From the NCBI GenBank assembly GCA_965205335.1, contig OZ242164.1, positions 1,135,750-1,199,749 on the forward strand: a stretch of 64,000 bases of DNA, read 5' to 3'. Source of the DNA: Candidatus Woesearchaeota archaeon. Lineage in GTDB: Archaea; Nanobdellota; Nanobdellia; Woesearchaeales; UBA583. How positions within the stretch are numbered: the stretch's first letter is position 1; the number at the start of each line of letters is the position of its first letter. The position numbers were made by a program, and so were the translations under genes. Shown piece after piece: positions 20,060 to 27,800 of the stretch. The notes below the pieces were generated by a model. The model was given only the letters and a program-made list of their open reading frames with translations. It was not told the DNA's origin and did no database searches.

Positions 20060-20608
20060 CTATGTACTTTCCAAGGCACAACTATCAGGTGGTGGGATTA
20101 TAATATCTCTACTATATTTTCCTCTACATCTCTCTATTTCTTTCAACACAGCACGTGGATCATCATGTGTGGAAAGAAGATATTTTTTGGGTGTTAAAAC
20201 TGTTAGTTCAAGACTATTACATTCTTTAGGAATGGTATTATGATGGTTTGTGAGACATACCAAATTTATCTCTGACATAGCATTTTTATTTTTATTTTTA
20301 AGATGTGTGAATATCCTCCTTGCATTTTCTATTTCATTTAAAATAGATGATTTTTCATTAGTAGCTATCACTTTAATATAGCGTTTAATCGTTAATTCTT
20401 CAAAATATAAATCTAAAATAGCAGGAAATCCATTATCAATGTTTAATTTAAGGTCTTTGCAAGAACTACTAACCGTATCTTGTGTTATATTTTTTTGATG
20501 AGAATAAAGATAGTCTTGTATATGGTTATGTATAGAATAAGGATAATCTGACCTGAGAATATAACCTCGTTCACAAATCTCATAAAGATTTCTATCTCTT
20601 CCTAACAT
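20060..20608 (-). CDS. hypothetical protein, paralog A of 20864-21409
   Basis: 182-aa ORF; shares Y..CER.Y...DY, DLY, ATN, KECN, IP.P...AL with paralog B. Confidence 0.75.
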   Translation of the reverse strand: MLGRDRNLYEICERGYILRSDYPYSIHNHIQDYLYSHQKNITQDTVSSSCKDLKLNIDNGFPAILDLYFEELTIKRYIKVIATNEKSSILNEIENARRIFTHLKNKNKNAMSEINLVCLTNHHNTIPKECNSLELTVLTPKKYLLSTHDDPRAVLKEIERCRGKYSRDIIIPPPDSCALEST

Positions 20609-20713
20609 AACTATTAAGTAATAACATTTTATTTATAAAATTATGTATTGATTAATCTTAAATTATCTGCTAAAAATTCCAAAATTACTTTTCATTTTCC
20701 TAACTTAGCATAT

Positions 20714-20788
20714 GATTTATCTACAACGCAGATTTACACAAGGGTAACAAACGAAGAATTAAAGAAAGTCAAAAGTCCATTAGATTAA
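20714..20788 (+). repeat. second copy of the xerA 3' end (direct repeat of 19775-19849)
   Basis: 67/75 nt identical; all 8 differences synonymous; encodes DLSTTQIYTRVTNEELKKVKSPLD*. Confidence 0.95.
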
Positions 20789-20863
20789 TTCTTACAAGAA
20801 TCTAAGGTTATAACCTTTCTATTGTTTTCAGTACTTTTTTTATCTCTAGGTCCATTATTTTTA

Positions 20864-21409
20864 TCACTTAAGAGCCCCTTCAGGTATAGGAATTCCAATA
20901 AACTTTAGGTTATTATTATTATTATTATTTTTATCATTATTTCTATACACTTTATCTGCTGCTTCTTGGTCACCCCTTGAAAGAATATTGTAATTAAAAC
21001 TTATAATTCGTACATCAATTTTATTACATTCTTTAGAGAAGGGTTCAATTAGATGTACCAAATGTCCATTTATTTTATTATTATTTTTTCCATCTGCAAT
21101 TCTCTTATATCCCTTAAATATATTTTTCATTCCACATATGTGAGCTAGGCGATCATTAGTGGCTACAATTTCAGCGTAGTGTATTTTCCCTCCTATTTTT
21201 CCAATATATAGATCGAAAAAGATATTTGGTTCCCCAGATTTTTCTAACGTGGCATTTGTACTCTTAAATGTAATATCCACTCCATTAATTAGCATTTTAT
21301 GTGGATTATGGTATAAATGCTGTCTTATAATTTCTTGTAATTTATGATTATAATCAGGCTTCGTTACATAATAACGTTCACAATTATCATAAGTTTCTTC
21401 CTCTATCAT
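20864..21409 (-). CDS. hypothetical protein, paralog B of 20060-20608
   Basis: 181-aa ORF; shared motifs and similar upstream promoter region. Confidence 0.75.
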   Translation of the reverse strand: MIEEETYDNCERYYVTKPDYNHKLQEIIRQHLYHNPHKMLINGVDITFKSTNATLEKSGEPNIFFDLYIGKIGGKIHYAEIVATNDRLAHICGMKNIFKGYKRIADGKNNNKINGHLVHLIEPFSKECNKIDVRIISFNYNILSRGDQEAADKVYRNNDKNNNNNNNLKFIGIPIPEGALK

Positions 21410-21454
21410 GACTATTATGTATCTATCTTAGATTTATAAATTTATTGTATTGAT

Positions 21455-21582
21455 GGCTCTGTCCGAAAATTCAAGAGAACTTAAAATGTTATATAAATAA
21501 AGCAATTTTTGACAAATATTTTTTTTCTTTGATTGAATATAGTTAGCATAAATTTTGGAAAAAACAATTTTCGGACAGAGCC
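21455..21582. mobile_element. 128-bp MITE
   Basis: Perfect 17-bp TIR GGCTCTGTCCGAAAATT/AATTTTCGGACAGAGCC; 8-bp flanking duplication GTATTGAT. Confidence 0.9.
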
Positions 21583-21591
21583 GTATTGATT

Positions 21592-21678
21592 GACTTTGTT
21601 CAAAAAGTCTATATTTTGTGTTATAAATTTTTAAAATATACTATATATTGATATTTTAACTACTTTTTGAACAAAGCT
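21592..21678. mobile_element. 87-bp MITE (same family as 47223-47309)
   Basis: TIR GACTTTGTTCAAAAAGT/ACTTTTTGAACAAAGCT; 9-bp flanks GTATTGATT/ATATTGATT; interior aligns without gaps to the reverse complement of 47223-47309. Confidence 0.88.
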
Positions 21679-21721
21679 ATATTGATTATTCTTAAATTTA
21701 AATAAAAAAATAAATAAATAT

Positions 21722-22369
21722 TTATCTTGTGTAGTAGAAACCAGCGCAGAATATATGCTCATTAGATCTCTCACAATATGTTGATTTAAACGCTTCTTCA
21801 TTAGTTCTTGGAACTGTGAATATATATTCTATCCATTTTCCTTCTTCTGTAGTATTAGAAATTTCCTCTCCGTAACGATTACCTAATCTATCTACTAAAT
21901 GAGATATCTGATTATTCTCCAAATCTTTTCTGAAGGGATGAGCAACATTATTTCCTCCTTTAATCACAGATACATATATATCATCTTCTACATATACTCC
22001 ATCGCTAACATCTTTTAATGTTTTCTGAGGATCTTGGTTGAAATCTTCAATTGACCTTTTTACCAAAGCAACAGACTGCTTTGCCTCATATGATTTATAT
22101 CCTTCCCCATCTGCAATTCTCTTTGTTCTCTTATCTAAGTCCGAAGGTTCATTCATGTCATATTTCTTTATATGTTTATTGTTACAATATTCTTCCCTAT
22201 TCCATTTTCCTCTTTTGTCAGATATGCATTTCTTATCACCATACCCTCCTCCGTAACATTTCCCTTTCTTGTCATCATAATTATCGTGAACTGAACTAAA
22301 AACAAAAATCCCAAACAATAACACATGTATGACCACCAATACTACTATAATTTCTTTAAAGTGTTTCAT
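21722..22369 (-). CDS. membrane-anchored single Cache-domain protein
   Basis: N-terminal TM; D.YV.V....AHP....L...D..G..G...EGKW..Y.F..P....K.TYC...CAG.Y. Confidence 0.8.
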   Translation of the reverse strand: MKHFKEIIVVLVVIHVLLFGIFVFSSVHDNYDDKKGKCYGGGYGDKKCISDKRGKWNREEYCNNKHIKKYDMNEPSDLDKRTKRIADGEGYKSYEAKQSVALVKRSIEDFNQDPQKTLKDVSDGVYVEDDIYVSVIKGGNNVAHPFRKDLENNQISHLVDRLGNRYGEEISNTTEEGKWIEYIFTVPRTNEEAFKSTYCERSNEHIFCAGFYYTR

Positions 22370-22523
22370 TTTTATTTCCTAATATTACATAAGTTAAAAT
22401 ATAAGAATAACTTATAACAATTCAGGGCAACAACAAGTATTTAAACTTTTTGTTTATTGAGAATTAGATTTCAAAATACTCTTCTTCCTAATACAAATAA
22501 CAAAATTATATAAACAAAACTCT

Positions 22524-23900
22524 TTGAAAAATATTATGAACTTGAAAAACTTTGGTGTGGAAACAAATGAAGAAAAAAACAAACCAAAAGAAATAATTGA
22601 CTCTAAACTGAACCTTAACACCAAAGAAATTGCCCAAAAATTTAAACTCCAGAACACTGAAACATATCTCCCTTGGTTTCTTAAATATGAACTAAATGAT
22701 TACAAAGACCTAATAATAACATCTCAAATTCAGAAAATAATAGACTTCATTGAAACCTTTCAAACCAAAAACAAAAAAAAAGCAATCCTTCTATATGGTC
22801 CTGCCGGCTCTGGAAAAACAACAACACTAACTCTTTTTGGAAACCATTACAACTACGAAGTACTTGAACTGAACGCATCAGATAACAGAAATAAAAAATC
22901 AATTGAAGAAACCGTTGGAATTGCAGTAAAACAAAAATCCTTATTTGGAAAAAACAAACTAATACTGATAGATGAAGCAGACGGAGTTTCAGGCAGAGAT
23001 GACAGAGGAGGAATAAGTGCACTTGCAAAAATAATAAAAGAATCAAACTACCCAATAGCATTCACAGCAAACGATGGAGAATCCGAAAAAATAAAAGTCC
23101 TAAAAAAATTATGCATTTACATTGACTTTGAAAATCATTCACAAGAACTCCTTCTAAAAATCGGAATGAAAATCCTAAAAGCCGAAAATATAAAATACAA
23201 AAAGGAAGAACTAAAAGAATTCATCTTAAAAAGAAATGAGACAGACATTCGTGGTTTCATAAACGACTTACAGGCATTATCATACAATAACGAACTGAAT
23301 GTACAGGAAGACTTAGAACTAAGAGATTACAAAAAAAAAATAGAAACCCTTCTAAACAAAATCTATTTCTCATACCCAGAAGACTCATTTAAAAGCGGAT
23401 ATAACACAGATGTAAACTTAGACGAACTATTTCTTTATCTTGAAGAGAACACTCCAGATGTATACTCAAAAACTGCTTTAATCACTGCTCTAAACGAAAT
23501 ATCAAAAGCAGACATTTTCAGAGGCAGAATAAGAAAATGGCAGCATTGGAGATTTTTAGTATACGTAAACTTTTACCTAACATACGCAGTATCCAATGCA
23601 AAAGATGTTCCCAAAAAAATAGACAAATACAAAAGAAACAGAAGAATACTTTCCAAATGGATTTATGCAAACAAAGTAAACAGCCTCTCACAAAGAACCA
23701 AACTTCAAAAAAAAAACAAAGACCCGGAAAAACTAATAGAAAAACTCTCAAAACTATACAAACGCTCAGCAAAAAAAACAAGAGCGGAAGACTTATTTTA
23801 CTTTGCAAAAATATATCAAAACAATGAACAATTCCAAAAAGAAATGGACAAAACACTTCAAATAAACGATTCCGAAAAAAAAACATTACTTGAATTATGA
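22524..23900 (+). CDS. rfcL: replication factor C large subunit
   Basis: W..KY, LYGPAGSGKT, ELNASD.R, LIDEADG..G..DRGG, EEN.P, S.ADIF.GRI..WQ.WR. Confidence 0.93.
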   Translation: MKNIMNLKNFGVETNEEKNKPKEIIDSKLNLNTKEIAQKFKLQNTETYLPWFLKYELNDYKDLIITSQIQKIIDFIETFQTKNKKKAILLYGPAGSGKTTTLTLFGNHYNYEVLELNASDNRNKKSIEETVGIAVKQKSLFGKNKLILIDEADGVSGRDDRGGISALAKIIKESNYPIAFTANDGESEKIKVLKKLCIYIDFENHSQELLLKIGMKILKAENIKYKKEELKEFILKRNETDIRGFINDLQALSYNNELNVQEDLELRDYKKKIETLLNKIYFSYPEDSFKSGYNTDVNLDELFLYLEENTPDVYSKTALITALNEISKADIFRGRIRKWQHWRFLVYVNFYLTYAVSNAKDVPKKIDKYKRNRRILSKWIYANKVNSLSQRTKLQKKNKDPEKLIEKLSKLYKRSAKKTRAEDLFYFAKIYQNNEQFQKEMDKTLQINDSEKKTLLEL

Positions 23901-23945
23901 ATAATCAAACCTTAAATAACTCACACAAAAAAATTAAACACAGAT

Positions 23946-24482
23946 TTAATCTGCTTGATAATACCCAGCGCAGAGTATATGTTCCTCAACTTTCCTACAG
24001 TATGTTGATTTAGGCGCCTGTTTATCAGTCTCGGGAATAGTGAAAACATAATTTATCCATTTACCATCTTCTGTTGTAGTAACAATATCTTTCCCAAAAT
24101 AATAATCATTAACATCTTTCAGCTCTGTCACTTTAGTATTTTCTAAATCCTTCCTATATGGATGTCCTACAATATATTCCCCCTTAACTGCAAAAACATA
24201 CAAATCATTATAAATATAAGTATCACCCCTAATACCACTTAAAGTGCTCTCCTTGTCAATATTATAATCTCTAATTGCACTATCAATTAACTTCATTGCC
24301 AGCTTTACTCTCACAGAATAATCATCATAACTATCTCTCATATCATCTCCATAATAATCCATCTTTCTATAAGAATTCTTATCATGAGCAGAAATTACCA
24401 CAAAAGCCCCTAAAAGCAACACCACTAAAACTAACAACACTACAACTGTTTCTTTAAAATGTTTCATCTTGATTTTTCCCAA
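23946..24482 (-). CDS. membrane-anchored single Cache-domain protein (paralog of 21722-22369)
   Basis: MKHFKE.VV.L.V..LL.G start, HP.RKDLEN, TTE.GKWI.Y.FT.P, KSTYC, HI.CAG.Y. Confidence 0.8.
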   Translation of the reverse strand: MGKIKMKHFKETVVVLLVLVVLLLGAFVVISAHDKNSYRKMDYYGDDMRDSYDDYSVRVKLAMKLIDSAIRDYNIDKESTLSGIRGDTYIYNDLYVFAVKGEYIVGHPYRKDLENTKVTELKDVNDYYFGKDIVTTTEDGKWINYVFTIPETDKQAPKSTYCRKVEEHILCAGYYQAD

Positions 24483-24721
24483 TATTATTGCACTACATTA
24501 TTGTATACAAAAATATTATACAAATATCCATTCAACTTAATATTTAAACTTTTCCATTAAAAAATTATAATAACAGACGCAAAACAATTTTAATGTTTAC
24601 AACTAAATAAAGAAATAAAAAATACTCAATGAACTAGAACACATATTCACTAAAATTTTTGTTCTATTCCAATAATATCAAAATAAGTGCTAAAAATTTC
24701 AAGTGTAACTTAAACTACAAT

Positions 24722-24782
24722 TTTAATCATAGCATTTTTACTAAAAAAAATTATGCCTGAATTGCAATTTATTAAATCAGAA
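24722..24782 (+). repeat. dispersed intergenic repeat, copy 1 (copy 2 at 45564-45625)
   Basis: TTTAATCATAGCATTT and exact 27-mer CCTGAATTGCAATTTATTAAATCAGAA in both. Confidence 0.85.
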
Positions 24783-24883
24783 ACCCTGTCTCGATGCATT
24801 TTACTATCTTTAAATTTAGCAAAACTCTTATAAATTACAGGAATTGTTACAATGATATATAAAAAGAAGGAAAATCAAGCAAA

Positions 24884-27800
24884 ATGAACAGAAATAACAC
24901 CTTACACCACCCCCCCCCCCCTGAGAAAATGAAAGCACTATTAGTATTTGTTCTGACATTATTTGCTGCACTTTCAGTTATATCTCTTCTATCAGAAGGT
25001 TCTTATTCTGCAAACTTAAGTTCTCCCGGACCTAAGAATCTTACCGTTGAAATAACCGGCTCTGTTATTTTAGAATGGGATGCACCTGCCAATAACACTG
25101 AAACAATCACGGGGTATCAGATTCTACGCAGAACCCCCCTCAGCGGCGAAAGCACCTTACAGATATTAGTCAATAACACAGAAACAAACGAAACCGCATA
25201 CACAGACCTAAACGCTACAGAACCCCGAGAGTTTTATGTTTACAGAGTGAAAGCGTGGCGTAACCAAACTTTAAGCAGATGGTCAAATTATGATAGTGTG
25301 TATCTTCCGTCATCTTTTGGTGCACCGACTAATCTCACTGTAAATCTTGTGGATGGTTATGTAACTCTTAACTGGAATGCTCCCTTAGGCAATGCCCAAT
25401 CCATTACAGGATACGAAATTCTTCGCAGGAAACCTCTTAGTGGCGAGAGTACTTTAATGACCTTAGTCAATGACACAGAAATAAACGAAACATCTTATAT
25501 TGATTTAAACGCCACAGAACCAAGCGCGAGATATGTCTACCGTGTCAAGGCTTTGCGTAACGGTGAGAAGAGCCGTTGGTCAAACTACGACTACATAAAA
25601 CTTCCGGGGAATTATTCTGCACCGCCAACAGTTACATTCACTTTAATTAATTCTACTATTGAGGGTATTTTCATTAATAATTCAGATGTTTCAGAAGACT
25701 ATCAATTACCACTAAATTCTACTATAGATTATAACGATTATAACAATACCATTAAATTTTTGAGAAACATTAACATTAGTATTGAAGATGAAGAACTTGT
25801 TTACATGGAATCATCAGACAACATGCCTCCCTCTTTCGCAACTTTTGAAACCTTCATTTATAACCTTAATGAGAACGTAAATGCAAGTTTAGAGCCTATT
25901 GTAATTTACACTGCAACTGCAACTGATCCTGAGAATGATACCATAATGTACGATATGAGCCCCGTACCGGGTTTTGAAATTAACGAAACATCTGGTGTAG
26001 TTACGTATGTTGGGGAAGGTTTTGATTATGAAAATCTTTCTGAGAGGGAATTTCACCTCTTCATTAAACCATATGATATGTTTACAGTTTTACATGATAA
26101 TTCACCTTTTGTACTTATTAATATAGTAATTAATAACGTAAAGGAGGCTCATGAATTCAAGCAGGCTTTTTATGATTTTAATCTCAACGAAAATGCAGAT
26201 GGTAGCAGCACAACACCTGTTTTTGTTGGGAATGTAAGTTCAGCTGTTCCTGAGACCTATAATTTAACATATTTCATTACAGAAGGTAATACTAGCAAGT
26301 TTAGCGTTAATGAATCAACTGGCGAGGTATATTACATTGGCGGTGGGGAAGATTTTGAGAATGGACCTGCGTTTTATGATTTAACAATTTACGTTAGTGA
26401 CGGGTCGCTTAATTCTTCTGCTGATGTACGTGTTGAAGTTGTTGATGTGAATGAGGCTCCTGAATTTCCGAGAGGTAGTTATATCTCTGTTAGTATTAAT
26501 GAGAACATAAATGGAAGTTCAAATCATATATTTATTAATGATTACGCTGCAACTGATCCTGAGAACGATAATTTAACATATTTCATTACAGAAGGAGATA
26601 CATCAGGTAATACAAGTAAGTTTAGAGTTGATGAATCAAATGGAGAGGTATTTTACATTGGAAGCGGAGAGGATTATGAGGGCTTATTACTGAAACTTGG
26701 AGGAGCCCAGTATCTCCTTACAATCACAGTTAGTGATGGTGAATATAATGATTCTTATATTTTTACTTTAGAGATTAATGATGTGAATGAGGCTCCTGAG
26801 TTTTCTGAGAGTTCCTACATCTTCAATCTTAGTGAAAATAGAGATGGCAGCACAATGCCAATTTCTCTTGGATTTGTAAATGCAACTGATGATGATGGCA
26901 ATAGTTTAACGTTTATTATAAATGAACAAGAAGTATCAAACACGTTTGCCATTAATTCATCGACCGGTGAGATAACGTATATTGGCGGAGGGGAAGATTT
27001 TGAGAATGGACCAGCGTTTTATGAATTAACAATTTACGTTAGTGACGGGTCGCTTAATTCTTCTGCTGATGTACGTGTTGAAGTTGTTGATGTGAATGAA
27101 CGTCCTAAGTTCTCTGAGAGTTCATATAATTTCAGTCTTGATGAGAATGTGGGCGGCAGTCCTATGAATCCTGTTTTTATAGGGAATGTGACTGCGACTG
27201 ATGAAGATGCTGGCGATATTTTAAGATATACAATAATATTAAATGAAACGAATTATCAAAGTAACCATCCCTTTAGGCTTAATGAATTGACCGGTAAACT
27301 GGTTTACATTGGGAGTGGAGAGGACTATGAGAATAAATCAGAATATGAGTTCCAAGTGTCAGTGAAAGACAACGAGCTTTTTATAAGAAATGTCCCTGTT
27401 CGCATTGATATTAATGATGTAAACGATGCTCCTGAGTTTTCTGAGAGTTTATACACCTTCAATCTTAGTGAAAATAGAGATGGCAGCACAATGCCAATTT
27501 CTCTTGGATTTGTAAATGCAACTGATGATGATGGCAATAGTTTAACGTTTATTATAAATGAACAAGAAGTATCAAACACGTTTGCCATTAATTCATCGAC
27601 CGGTGAGATAACGTATATTGGCGGAGAGGAAAATTATGAAAACAGAATATCACACACGGTACTTGTGAACGTAAGTGATGACTCTCTTAGTGATAGTGCC
27701 GTAGTTTTCATTAGGATTTTGGACGTAAACGAGGCTCCTGAATTCAATCAGGGTTCATATAATTTCATTCTTAACGAAAACGTAAACGGCAGTTCAACGC

